Of a stretch of 41,001 bases of DNA, positions 9,877 to 18,822 are shown piece by piece (positions within the stretch are counted from its first letter, which is position 1; each line of letters opens with the position of its first letter). The stretch comes from an uncultured Ruminococcus sp. (GTDB taxonomy: Bacteria > Bacillota > Clostridia > Oscillospirales > Ruminococcaceae), in the NCBI GenBank assembly GCA_945867875.1, contig CAMBJF010000001.1:1-41001 (forward strand). Reading direction: 5' to 3'. The position numbers were made by a program, and so were the translations under genes. The notes beneath the pieces are model-generated. The model was given only the letters and a program-made list of their open reading frames with translations. It did not search any database and was not told the DNA's origin.

Positions 9877-11367
9877 ATGAACAAGATGATGAATATGCCC
9901 GAAATAAAGCTGGGTATCGCAGCAGTCAGCAGAAGCTGTTTTCCCAAGAGCCTTTCCGAAGAGAGATGCGGAGAGGTCTGTAAGAAGTGTGCGGAAAGGG
10001 GAATAGAGATATTCCGCTGTCCCACAGTTTCCGAAAATGAGAATGATATGGTGAAAGCCGTTTCCGAGCTTAAAGCCGCAGGTGTGAATGCGCTTGTTGT
10101 ATATCTGGGAAACTTCGGTCCTGAGACCGTCGAGACACTTCTTGCAAAGAAATTCGGACTTCCCGTAATGTTCGCCGCAGCTGCGGAGGAAAGCGGCAAG
10201 GACCTTATCGACGGCAGAGGAGATGCATTCTGCGGAATGCTGAACGCAAGCTATAATCTGGGACTCAGAGGCGTAAAGGCTTACATACCCGAGTATCCCG
10301 TTGGCACACCCGACAAGGTGGCTGAGATGATAGAGGGCTTTATCCCCGTGGCAAGAGCCGTTCTGGGTCTTTCAAAGCTGAAAGTCATCTCTTTCGGACC
10401 CCGTCCCCAGGATTTCCTTGCCTGCAATGCACCTATTGCACGTCTTTATGATATCGGCGCAGAAATTGAGGAAAACTCCGAGCTTGACCTTTATGCCGCA
10501 TTCAACGCTCACGCAGGCGATGCCAGAATCGAAAAGGTGGCTGCGGAAATGGCTGCGGAGCTTGGACAGGGCAACAAGATGCCGGGCATTCTCCCCAAGC
10601 TTGCTCAGTATGAGATAACCCTCCTTGACTGGGCTGAGGAGCATAAGGGTGAGAGAGAATATGTTGTATTCGCAAACAAGTGCTGGCCCTCGTTCCAGAC
10701 ACAGTTCGGCTTCGTTCCCTGCTATGTGAACAGCCGTCTCACAGGAAGAGGCATTCCCGTTTCCTGCGAGGTGGATATCTGGGGTGCTGTCAGCGAGTAC
10801 ATAGGTCAGTGCGTTTCCGACGACTGCGTAACTCTCCTTGACATCAACAACACCGTTCCTCAGGATATCTATGACGAGGATATCAAGGGCAAGTTCGATT
10901 ACAGCCTTACAGACACATTTATGGGCTTCCACTGCGGAAACACAGCTTCGGGCAAGCTTGCTTCCTGTGAGATGAAGTTCCAGAGAATTATGCGCAGAGA
11001 CCTTGAACCCGACAGAGAGCCTGACATCACAAGAGGTACTCTTGAGGGCGATATCGCCGCATCTCAGGTGACACTTTTCCGTCTCCAGTCCACTGCCGAT
11101 GCAGAGCTTGCGGCTTATACCGCACAGGGCGAGGTGCTCCCCGTGGCTTCACGTTCCTTCGGCGCAATAGGCGTGTTCGCCATAAAGGAAATGGGAAGAT
11201 TTTACCGTCACGTGCTCATCGAGGGTCGTTTCCCTCATCACGGTGCAGTAGTGTTCGCTCACAAGGGCAGGGAACTGTACAATGTTCTGAGATACCTCGG
11301 TGTCAAGAAAATTGGCTTCAATCAGCCTGCGGGAATGCTTTATCCCACAGAAAACCCCTTTGCCTGA
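9877..11367 (+). CDS. L-fucose/L-arabinose isomerase family protein
   Basis: GNFGPE, RGDAFCG, KCWP, SCEVD, GFHCGN and FPHH motifs typical of the clostridial FucI-like family. Confidence 0.82.
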   Translation: MNKMMNMPEIKLGIAAVSRSCFPKSLSEERCGEVCKKCAERGIEIFRCPTVSENENDMVKAVSELKAAGVNALVVYLGNFGPETVETLLAKKFGLPVMFAAAAEESGKDLIDGRGDAFCGMLNASYNLGLRGVKAYIPEYPVGTPDKVAEMIEGFIPVARAVLGLSKLKVISFGPRPQDFLACNAPIARLYDIGAEIEENSELDLYAAFNAHAGDARIEKVAAEMAAELGQGNKMPGILPKLAQYEITLLDWAEEHKGEREYVVFANKCWPSFQTQFGFVPCYVNSRLTGRGIPVSCEVDIWGAVSEYIGQCVSDDCVTLLDINNTVPQDIYDEDIKGKFDYSLTDTFMGFHCGNTASGKLASCEMKFQRIMRRDLEPDREPDITRGTLEGDIAASQVTLFRLQSTADAELAAYTAQGEVLPVASRSFGAIGVFAIKEMGRFYRHVLIEGRFPHHGAVVFAHKGRELYNVLRYLGVKKIGFNQPAGMLYPTENPFA

Positions 11368-11392
11368 TTTTTTGAATGGATAGTGATTTTTA

Positions 11393-11539
11393 ATGAAAAG
11401 ATTTTTAGGAGTTCTTTTTTCCGTTTTCGGATTTGTTTTCAATGCAATTCTCCTCTGCGGACTTATGATACTGGGCATTGACCTCTACAACCGCAGTGAA
11501 GAGGAGAAAAAGGCACGTTCGGGCGGAACGGAGAAGTGA
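11393..11539 (+). CDS. Small (48 aa) single-pass membrane protein, absent from the ORF track
   Basis: Translates to MKRFLGVLFSVFGFVFNAILLCGLMILGIDLYNRSEEEKKARSGGTEK; fills the gap in the operon; its TGA overlaps the next start (GTGATG). Confidence 0.65.
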   Translation: MKRFLGVLFSVFGFVFNAILLCGLMILGIDLYNRSEEEKKARSGGTEK

Positions 11540-11976
11540 TGTTTTCCATAGACGAGATAAACGGCGGCTGGCTGAACGTTACCCTTGATTTCGGCGATGA
11601 TGTTTACTGCATTATGGGCACGGACATTTGGGGAACGGACAGAGGTTCGCAGATAGTGAAAATGTGCGCCGATGCACTGAGCGGGAGCGGCAGCTTTTAC
11701 GCTGTGCTCGACAATGAACCGGGAGCATGGGTGATAGAGCTTTCCTCAGAGGGCAGGCTGTGCATTTATTTGTGCCGTGAGGACCTTAAAGGAAAGCCCG
11801 ATATGACTGAGTGTGAAAAGGCTTTTGAGACAGATGCGGATATCCCTGCATTTGCGAAAGCTGTCTGTGCCGCATTTTCGGAATATTCCGAGGGTGACGG
11901 ACAGAGCTTTTACGAAAGGGAAAGTCATATGGCATTTCCCGCAGATGAATTTGAGCGGCTGAAAAACGCTCTATAA
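11536..11976 (+). CDS. Hypothetical acidic protein (about 145 aa)
   Basis: Co-oriented within the operon, overlaps the upstream stop; no recognisable family. Confidence 0.7.
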   Translation: MMFSIDEINGGWLNVTLDFGDDVYCIMGTDIWGTDRGSQIVKMCADALSGSGSFYAVLDNEPGAWVIELSSEGRLCIYLCREDLKGKPDMTECEKAFETDADIPAFAKAVCAAFSEYSEGDGQSFYERESHMAFPADEFERLKNAL

Positions 11977-11992
11977 ATAAAGGAGAAAGACT

Positions 11993-12553
11993 ATGGTAAT
12001 TCTCGCATCGGCATCGCCCCGCCGACAGGAACTTCTGAAGCTTGTTGTGCAGGATTTTTCCATATGCCCTGCGGACATTGACGAGACCATACCCGAGGAC
12101 ATTGCCGCAGAAAATGCGGCGGAGTATCTTGCGGTGAAAAAGGCATCGGCAGTTGCCGACGACCCTCAGCATATGTACGATACGGTCATCGGCTGTGATA
12201 CAGTTGTTGTCCTTGACGGCGAAATTATGGGAAAGCCCCGTGACATCAACCAAGCCCGTGAAATGCTTACCAAGCTTTCGGGCAGGGTGCACAAGGTCAT
12301 AACAGGGGTATGCATTTGCAGCAGAGGAAAGCGGACAAGCTTTTCCGAGACCACCGAGGTGGAGTTTTACCCCCTGTCGCCCAAGGAAATTGAGGACTAT
12401 ATCAGCACAGGCGACCCTATGGACAAGGCTGGTGCATACGGCATTCAGTCGCAGGGCTGTATGCTTGTGAAAGGCATTATCGGCGACTTTTTCAATGTGG
12501 TCGGGCTTCCCGTGGCACGGCTCAGAAGGGAGCTTGACAAGATAGTTTTATAA
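11993..12553 (+). CDS. maf: Maf family nucleotide pyrophosphatase
   Basis: ILASASPRRQELL, IGCDTVV, GKP, DKAGAYGIQ, NVVGLP; AAGGAG RBS. Confidence 0.95.
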   Translation: MVILASASPRRQELLKLVVQDFSICPADIDETIPEDIAAENAAEYLAVKKASAVADDPQHMYDTVIGCDTVVVLDGEIMGKPRDINQAREMLTKLSGRVHKVITGVCICSRGKRTSFSETTEVEFYPLSPKEIEDYISTGDPMDKAGAYGIQSQGCMLVKGIIGDFFNVVGLPVARLRRELDKIVL

Positions 12554-12556
12554 ATG

Positions 12557-12598
12557 AAAACATCACCGCACATTATCGTGACGGTGATGCTTTTTTTT
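12557..12598. terminator. Bidirectional intrinsic terminator (maf / spoIIR)
   Basis: CATCACCG...CGGTGATG stem followed by T8 and preceded by A4. Confidence 0.75.
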
Positions 12599-13223
12599 AC
12601 TTCTCAAAAATTTTTTCAAAAAGCTCTGCAATATAAAGCCGTGCCTCGTAATCCGATTCCTCGGTGAGCATCATAATATCCTCTTTGGAAAGCTCACCGC
12701 CGTACTTTTCCATTATCTCCTCATCGGTAAGCGCAGCCCCCGCACAGGGCACGCACAAGGGCGGGTACATCACGCACCACCAGTTATGCCCCTCGCCGCT
12801 GCCTATTTTGATTCGCAGGGCGGTGTAATTTCCTGCGGGAACGGCAAAATCATTGTATATCCGTCTGTCAAAAGTCATCTCGCATATCTCGCAGGAAACG
12901 GTGTCCTCCGAGCCGTTGGCGGCAAGGGTATCATCGGCTATCTGCTTTATTTTGTCAAGCTGCTCCGAAAGGGCTGCAGTGGCTTCCGCCGATGATGAAT
13001 ATGGCTTGAACAGCTCATCTGATGAGCCGAGAACAGCATCACGGACAAGGAGCTTCAGCCGCTGATCCTCCTCGCTGTCGGAGTCTGCAAGAATGTGCAG
13101 GCGGACAAGGCTGTTTTCGAGATTTTTCTCGGTCTGAACTGCGGAAAATATCCCTGTTACAAGCAGTGAAAACGCCATTGCTGCGGCAATAAGAGCGGTC
13201 TGTGATATGTACTTTTGTTTCAT
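12597..13223 (-). CDS. spoIIR: Stage II sporulation protein R
   Basis: Signal peptide, VRLHILADSDSEEDQRLKL.VRD, PAG.Y.ALRI.IG.GEGHNWWCVMYPPLC; start ATG 13223. Confidence 0.93.
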   Translation of the reverse strand: MKQKYISQTALIAAAMAFSLLVTGIFSAVQTEKNLENSLVRLHILADSDSEEDQRLKLLVRDAVLGSSDELFKPYSSSAEATAALSEQLDKIKQIADDTLAANGSEDTVSCEICEMTFDRRIYNDFAVPAGNYTALRIKIGSGEGHNWWCVMYPPLCVPCAGAALTDEEIMEKYGGELSKEDIMMLTEESDYEARLYIAELFEKIFEK

Positions 13224-13255
13224 ATTCGTCATTTCCTTTCCGATTTTGTTATCCG

Positions 13256-13285
13256 TATTATTGACGGGTATCGGAAAGGTTATTC
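13256..13285 (-). promoter_or_regulatory. Probable sigma-F (forespore) promoter of spoIIR
   Basis: GAATA-15nt-GTCAATAATA on the minus strand, close to the sigF/sigG consensus; spoIIR is a known sigF target. Confidence 0.6.
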
Positions 13286-13409
13286 CTTTTTGTGGAAAAA
13301 TATTTGGCTTTGAGATACCCAAGAAAGCTTATTTGCTGTAACGATATTTACACAGATAAGATGATATAATTATAAAAATAAATTTTATAATGAAAAAGGA
13401 GAAAGGAAA

Positions 13410-13904
13410 ATGTCGGATAAATGCAGCGAAAAGTTTTACGCCGTTAAAGACAGGCTTGTTTTCCATCGCCCGCAGTGCAGGTTTATTTCAGCCTATGACC
13501 CAAGCAGGCTCACCGAGGTGGCGGACTACGGCAGCGGCATCATTATGGGTATGACGCCCTGCAACTGCTGCCGCCCGCAGGTCAGCGGCGGGGCTGTGCT
13601 TGATATTGCCGCAGCCGAAAGCTTCTGCAAAAAGCACGGAATGGCGTGCTCATCTGACGGCTGCGGTATTGTAATAACCACCTGCGCCGCCAGATGGCGG
13701 ATATACCGCTCAGGCAGCAAGCTCTTTCTTCATCACGAAAAATGGACCTTCAGAGCGGCAAAATACGGCAAGCGTGCGGGATTTATGATTCGTGACAAGG
13801 AGTTTTCGGACATCTCCGAAGCCCTGTTTTATGCATACTGTCACGACAAAAGATACCGCAATACCCGCAGCAATGCCGATACAGCCGGCGATATCCGTAT
13901 ATAA
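13410..13904 (+). CDS. Hypothetical protein with N-terminal His/Cys putative zinc-binding module
   Basis: Strong RBS (AAAGGA); FHRPQC...PCNCCRP pattern resembles Ada-type metal-binding modules. Confidence 0.65.
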   Translation: MSDKCSEKFYAVKDRLVFHRPQCRFISAYDPSRLTEVADYGSGIIMGMTPCNCCRPQVSGGAVLDIAAAESFCKKHGMACSSDGCGIVITTCAARWRIYRSGSKLFLHHEKWTFRAAKYGKRAGFMIRDKEFSDISEALFYAYCHDKRYRNTRSNADTAGDIRI

Positions 13905-13941
13905 AAAACAGCACCGTTTCATTTTACCGAAACGGTGCTGT
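13903..13941. terminator. Intrinsic terminator between convergent genes
   Basis: 13-bp perfect stem ACAGCACCGTTTC/GAAACGGTGCTGT; U-tract on the minus strand. Confidence 0.8.
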
Positions 13942-13961
13942 CTGAGTTTATGGGGTGATTG

Positions 13962-16580
13962 TCAGTCCTTCATAATAGCCTTGCGTATCATATTGATAGG
14001 GATTACAAGGAACGCAAGGACAATGCAGATGAGCCAAGTCATAGGGTTCAGAGCCTCGACGCTGAGCACCTCGCCGCCGAATGTAACGAATACGAACTGG
14101 AGAACGAAAATGGACAGCATTACATAAATAAAGTTCATATTTCTGCCCAGACCCTCAAAGGGATTCATATGAGAAGTTCTTGCATTGAAGCCGTTGAAGG
14201 TTATCGCCATCATAAAGGTTGCGAACACTGCGGAGTTAAGGTAGGTGTTGTCCACGCCGCCGAAAGCTGTGCGGAAGAAAGGTACAAATCTGATGCACAG
14301 GCAAAGAGCTGTGATGTAGAGAGCGGAAATTACTATCTGTGTCATCATTCCCTTGCTTACGATGCTTGCGGAACGGGGAACGGGCTTTTCCTTCATATAT
14401 TCCTTAAGAGCAGGCTCGCTGCCGAATGCAATAGCTGCGAGGGTGTCCATTGCAAGGTTTACGAGGAGAAGCTGGATAACTGTCATAATAACGTTCTCGC
14501 CGAGGAGAGGTGCTATAAAGCAGGTGAGAACGGCTGCAACGTTAACGGTAAGCTGGAAGATAAGGAACTTTCTGATGCTCTTGAACATAGTTCTGCCGTA
14601 AAGGATAGCCTTTTCGATAGAGGAGAAGTTGTCGTCCAGAATGGTGATATCGCCCGCTTCCTTGGCAACCTCTGTACCGCTGCCCATTGCAAAGCCAACA
14701 TCGGCTTTCTTAAGGGCAGGGGAGTCGTTTACGCCGTCGCCTGTCATACCTACAACAAGGTTCAGTTCCTGAGCTGCTCTTACGAGACGGCTCTTGTCGG
14801 TGGGGAGAGCTCTTGAAACAACTCTCAGGTCGGGAAGAAGTGCCTTAAGCTCATCGTCGGTCTTTTCGGCAAGCTCTGCACTGGTGAGGGCAATGTCTGT
14901 GTCAGTCCTCAGAAGTCCTGCTTCCTTGGCGATAGCAACGGCAGTTTCCTTTCGGTCGCCTGTTACCATTACTACCTGAATGCCTGCATTCTGAACTTCT
15001 TTGATAGCGTCAGCGGCTTCCTTACGTACATTGTCTCTGATGCTGAAGAGACAGACAAGTGTTACTGTTCCCTCGTCGGAATCGCCGTCCTTCTTTGCAA
15101 CGCCAAGAAGTCTCATTGATCTCGATGCCTGAGTATCGATGTAATCCATAAGAGCCTGCTTGTCCGCAAGAGGCTTTACCTCGCCGTTTCCGTCAACATA
15201 GGAATCGCAGCGGTCAAGAAGTCTTTCGGGTGCGCCCTTGATGTATGTAACGTGGCTGCCTTTTTCATTAACAGTTACGCTGGAGCATTTCTTTGTGGAA
15301 TCGAATGCGCTGAATGTAAGAACGTTGTCCTTATTGATGCCCTCAGCCTTGCCTGCTTCCATAAGATATGTCATAAGAGCACGGTCGGTGCTGTTTCCGC
15401 CGATGACCTTGCCCTCGGCAGCAGATGCGCTGTTGTTGACGCCTGCACCGACGATGATGTTATCTGCAAGTGCAGCGGGAATTTTGTCAAAGCAGTCGTA
15501 TATTTCACCATTGCCTGCGGAAAGCTCAACAACGGAAAGCTTGCCTTCGGTGATAGTACCTGTCTTATCACTGAAAAGAATGCTCAGGCTTCCTGCGGTC
15601 TCCAGACCGTTTATCTTTCTTACAAGGACGTTGTCCTTAGCCATTCTGAGGCTCTGGAAGGAGAGGAGAATGGAGGTGAGCATAGGAAGTCCCTCAGGAA
15701 CTGCACATACTATAATAGTTACCGCAACTGTTACAGCATTAAGGATAAGATGTATCCATTCAAATACGCCGTTGGGGATATCGCCCGTGATGAGTGTTTT
15801 TGCCATAATGCCCACAATGATGCATATAGCACCGATGTAGCCGAATGTGGATATCTGCTTTGCAAGCTTGCCAAGCTTTACCTGGAGAGGAGTTTCTCTT
15901 GTTTCCTCCTGTACCTCGAGAGCCAGCTCACCGAAGAGAGTCTTGTCGCCTACAACCTTGATCTCCATATAGCCCTCGCCGCCGCAGACAACTGTGCCAC
16001 GGTATGCATAGTGCTTGTTGAGGAGGTCTTTTGTATTGTAGCCCTCGCCGTTTTCATCGGGAATCTTAACGGCTTCCTCAGTCTCGCCGTTAAGAGCCGC
16101 CTGATCTACCTTGATGTCGCCCATAACAAGCTCGCCGTCCGCAGGAAGCTTGTCGCCTGCCTGAAGATATACGATATCGCCAACAACAACATCGCTTACG
16201 TGAATTTCGGTAAGCTTGCCGTCACGAATGACCTTTGCGGTCTCCTTAGCTTCTTCCTCGGCTTTGAGAGCAGATGCCTTACCCTCCTGCTTGTTCTCGC
16301 TGAATGCGGAAACGCCGTTTGCTATCATAATTGCGATGAGTATTCCCACAGGCTCGAACCATTCGGCTTGACCTAAGAAAAAGAGCACCACCTGTACCAC
16401 AAGAGCAACAAGCAGTATCATTATCATAGGGTCCTTGAATCCCTCAAGGATCTTCTTCCACAGCGGGTCAGGGGGGATCTGTGTAAGGGTATTGGCACCG
16501 TTTTTCTTACGGCTTTCCTCCGCCTCTGCCGCAGTGAGTCCCTTGGGGAGAGTGCTCAAAGGCTTTTCTTTAACTTGCAT
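13962..16580 (-). CDS. P-type (type II, Ca2+-translocating-like) ATPase
   Basis: VPEGLP, DKTGT phosphorylation site, KGAPE, MVTGD, TGDGVNDSPAL; multiple TM helices. Confidence 0.93.
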   Translation of the reverse strand: MQVKEKPLSTLPKGLTAAEAEESRKKNGANTLTQIPPDPLWKKILEGFKDPMIMILLVALVVQVVLFFLGQAEWFEPVGILIAIMIANGVSAFSENKQEGKASALKAEEEAKETAKVIRDGKLTEIHVSDVVVGDIVYLQAGDKLPADGELVMGDIKVDQAALNGETEEAVKIPDENGEGYNTKDLLNKHYAYRGTVVCGGEGYMEIKVVGDKTLFGELALEVQEETRETPLQVKLGKLAKQISTFGYIGAICIIVGIMAKTLITGDIPNGVFEWIHLILNAVTVAVTIIVCAVPEGLPMLTSILLSFQSLRMAKDNVLVRKINGLETAGSLSILFSDKTGTITEGKLSVVELSAGNGEIYDCFDKIPAALADNIIVGAGVNNSASAAEGKVIGGNSTDRALMTYLMEAGKAEGINKDNVLTFSAFDSTKKCSSVTVNEKGSHVTYIKGAPERLLDRCDSYVDGNGEVKPLADKQALMDYIDTQASRSMRLLGVAKKDGDSDEGTVTLVCLFSIRDNVRKEAADAIKEVQNAGIQVVMVTGDRKETAVAIAKEAGLLRTDTDIALTSAELAEKTDDELKALLPDLRVVSRALPTDKSRLVRAAQELNLVVGMTGDGVNDSPALKKADVGFAMGSGTEVAKEAGDITILDDNFSSIEKAILYGRTMFKSIRKFLIFQLTVNVAAVLTCFIAPLLGENVIMTVIQLLLVNLAMDTLAAIAFGSEPALKEYMKEKPVPRSASIVSKGMMTQIVISALYITALCLCIRFVPFFRTAFGGVDNTYLNSAVFATFMMAITFNGFNARTSHMNPFEGLGRNMNFIYVMLSIFVLQFVFVTFGGEVLSVEALNPMTWLICIVLAFLVIPINMIRKAIMKD

Positions 16581-16668
16581 ATTAAGCGTCCTTTCCTTTT
16601 ATGAAATGTTGTTTTGCGCCGTTATTTGGCACTGTACGATGATTTTCTGCGCAGTGCACTTGTTATGA

Positions 16669-16697
16669 ATTATACAGCAAAATGTAAAAAATGTCAA
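16669..16697 (-). promoter_or_regulatory. sigma-A promoter for the P-type ATPase
   Basis: Perfect TTGACA-17nt-TATAAT on the minus strand. Confidence 0.8.
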
Positions 16698-16752
16698 TAG
16701 CGGGGAGACTTTACAGATTATATTTGAGGGTATTTAAGATTAAAATTTGATT

Positions 16753-16787
16753 AAAAAAGGCCTGCCCGAGCTTGGGGCAGACCTTTT
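16753..16787 (-). terminator. Intrinsic terminator after the acyl-CoA ligase
   Basis: GC-rich stem flanked by A and T tracts directly after the stop codon. Confidence 0.7.
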
Positions 16788-16797
16788 CCGTAATAAA

Positions 16798-18432
16798 TCA
16801 GCTCTGATTTTCCTTTTCGACCATATTCTCGCCGCAGTACATCTTTCTGAGCTTGGGCTTTTCAATTTTTCCCGTAGCATTTCTCGGAACAGGGGCAAAG
16901 ATTATCTTCTTGGGACGCTTGTATCTGGGCATTCCGAGGCAGAATTCATTTATCTCCTCCTCGGTGCATTCCTCGCCGTCCTTAAGCTCGATTATCGCAG
17001 CCGCAATTTCGCCGAGACGCTTATCAGGCAGACCGATAACAGCTACGTCCTTTATCTTGTCGAACTTGCTCATAAAATTCTCAATCTCAACGGGGTAAAG
17101 ATTTTCACCGCCGCTGATAACAACGTCCTTTTTGCGGTCAACAAGGAAATAGAAGCCGTCCTCGTCCTGACGTGCCATATCTCCCGTCCACAGCCAGCCG
17201 TCGTGGAGCACCTCTGCGGTCGCCTTGGGGTTATTATAGTAGCACTTCATAACTCCGGGGCCCTTTACCGCAAGCTCGCCCACTTCGCCCTGGGGAACTT
17301 CATTGCCGTTCTCGTCGATTATCTTCACCTGCCAGCCGTAGCCGGGAATGCCGATAGCGCCGACCTTATGTATATTCTCCAGTCCAAGATGAACACAGCC
17401 GGGGCCTATGGATTCGCTGAGACCGTAGTTTGTGTCATACTGATGATTTGGGAAGTAGTGCTTCCAGCGGTTGATAAGGCTCTGGGGAACGGGCTGTGCA
17501 CCGATGTGCATAAGTCTCCACTGGGACAGCTCGTAATTTTTCGGGTCAATTTTTCCCGTGTCAATGGCTTCAAGGATATCCAGCGCCCAGGGCACAAGGA
17601 GCCATACTATTGTACATTTTTCCTTGGAAACAGTGTCGAGAATGGTCTCGGGGCTGACACCCTTTAAAAGAACAGCCTTGCCGCCTGTGATAAGGCTGCC
17701 GAACCAGTGCATCTTTGCTCCCGTGTGGTAAAGGGGCGGTATGCAGAGGAAAACATCGTCTTTGGTCTGATGATGATGCTTCTGCTCAACGATGCTTGCG
17801 TGCATAAGGCTTCTGTGGGAATGAAGGATAGCCTTTGGGAAACCTGTTGTTCCCGAGGAGAAATATATTGCAGCGTCATCGTCATCGCTTATTGCTATTC
17901 CGGGAGATACGCTTGCGCAGTTTGAGGTGAGCTTGTCATAATCCTCCGCAAAGCAGGGACAGTCGCCGCCCACATAGAAAAGAATTCGTCCCTTGCTGAT
18001 GTCCTCCGCAATGGTCTCCACCCTGCCGATAAATTCGGGGCCGAACACCAGCACATCTGCCTCTGCAAGGTCAAGGCAGTATTTTATCTCTTCCGAGCTG
18101 TAGCGGAAGTTCATAGGCACGGCAAGAGCGCCTATTTTGAGGATACCAAAGTAAATGGGCAGCCATTCAAGGCAGTTCATAAGGAGTATAGCCACCTTGT
18201 CGCCCTTTTTAACGCCTCGGCTCAGAAGAAGCTGAGCGAAACGGTTTGCCTTTTCGTTGAAAACGTGCCATGTTATCTCACGGCGGTAGCAAAGGTCGGA
18301 GGTGGGCTGGATAAGGTCAAAATCCTTCCAGAGCATACGTCTTGTTTCCTGTATCTGAGGGTTTATCTCCACGAGACATACGTCATTTCCGTATTTGCGT
18401 GCGTTTTCTTCAAGCAGTTCTGTAATTGGCAT
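16798..18432 (-). CDS. Class I adenylate-forming enzyme (acyl-CoA ligase, AMP-binding)
   Basis: YFSSGTTGFPK, NYGLSE, TGD, DRKKD.VISGGEN.YP.EIE, PRNATGKI; start ATG 18432 after GAAAGG. Confidence 0.92.
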   Translation of the reverse strand: MPITELLEENARKYGNDVCLVEINPQIQETRRMLWKDFDLIQPTSDLCYRREITWHVFNEKANRFAQLLLSRGVKKGDKVAILLMNCLEWLPIYFGILKIGALAVPMNFRYSSEEIKYCLDLAEADVLVFGPEFIGRVETIAEDISKGRILFYVGGDCPCFAEDYDKLTSNCASVSPGIAISDDDDAAIYFSSGTTGFPKAILHSHRSLMHASIVEQKHHHQTKDDVFLCIPPLYHTGAKMHWFGSLITGGKAVLLKGVSPETILDTVSKEKCTIVWLLVPWALDILEAIDTGKIDPKNYELSQWRLMHIGAQPVPQSLINRWKHYFPNHQYDTNYGLSESIGPGCVHLGLENIHKVGAIGIPGYGWQVKIIDENGNEVPQGEVGELAVKGPGVMKCYYNNPKATAEVLHDGWLWTGDMARQDEDGFYFLVDRKKDVVISGGENLYPVEIENFMSKFDKIKDVAVIGLPDKRLGEIAAAIIELKDGEECTEEEINEFCLGMPRYKRPKKIIFAPVPRNATGKIEKPKLRKMYCGENMVEKENQS

Positions 18433-18536
18433 TGATATCAACCTTTCGGACAATTTTCTAAGTAATTCAGCGGTTTCAAGCTTTAAATATTGTGCGCTTT
18501 AAACCGCTGTAAGATCTGATAAGTAATACTTTATCT

Positions 18537-18565
18537 ATTTTAATATTTTTTGAAGATAATTACAA
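18537..18565 (-). promoter_or_regulatory. Probable sigma-A promoter for the acyl-CoA ligase
   Basis: TTGTAA-17nt-TAAAAT on the minus strand. Confidence 0.5.
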
Positions 18566-18705
18566 GTCTTTTTTTACACCTTTTTGCACAATATACAATA
18601 AAATGCCAAATATTTGAGCATTTGCAACATATTATTCTGCAATGCTTTAAAGCTTTTATCTGAAATATCCAAAGGGAGACAGAAAAATTGATTATTATTG
18701 TCTAA

Positions 18706-18734
18706 TTGACAAAAAGCCCAAATTTTGGTATAAT
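18706..18734 (+). promoter_or_regulatory. sigma-A promoter for the symporter
   Basis: Perfect TTGACA-17nt-TATAAT with extended TG. Confidence 0.82.
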
Positions 18735-18822
18735 CAGATGTAATTTATTGCTTTAACGCTTATGCGCTTTTATCTGATAAAACGATAAACGGGCAGGCTT
18801 GAAAGGACGGTATTAATTTAAG

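Larger units (their letters stand above)
18472..18773. promoter_or_regulatory. Three clusters of tandem 8-nt GCTTTAAn-like repeats (putative repressor operators)
   Basis: GCTTTAAA at 18480 and 18496; GCTTTAAA-GCTTTTAT at 18644-18659; GCTTTAAC-GCTTATGC-GCTTTTAT at 18750-18773. Confidence 0.5.

Noticed and set aside
16075-16110. NGET in place of the canonical TGES actuator motif of the P-type ATPase
   Set aside because: The catalytic Gly-Glu is retained and all other motifs are intact, so there is no evidence of inactivation.
16581-16665. Possible yybP-ykoY (Mn2+) riboswitch before the P-type ATPase
   Set aside because: The leader is only about 80 nt with one weak GCACTG/CAGTGC hairpin, and I cannot find the conserved yybP-ykoY sequence elements.
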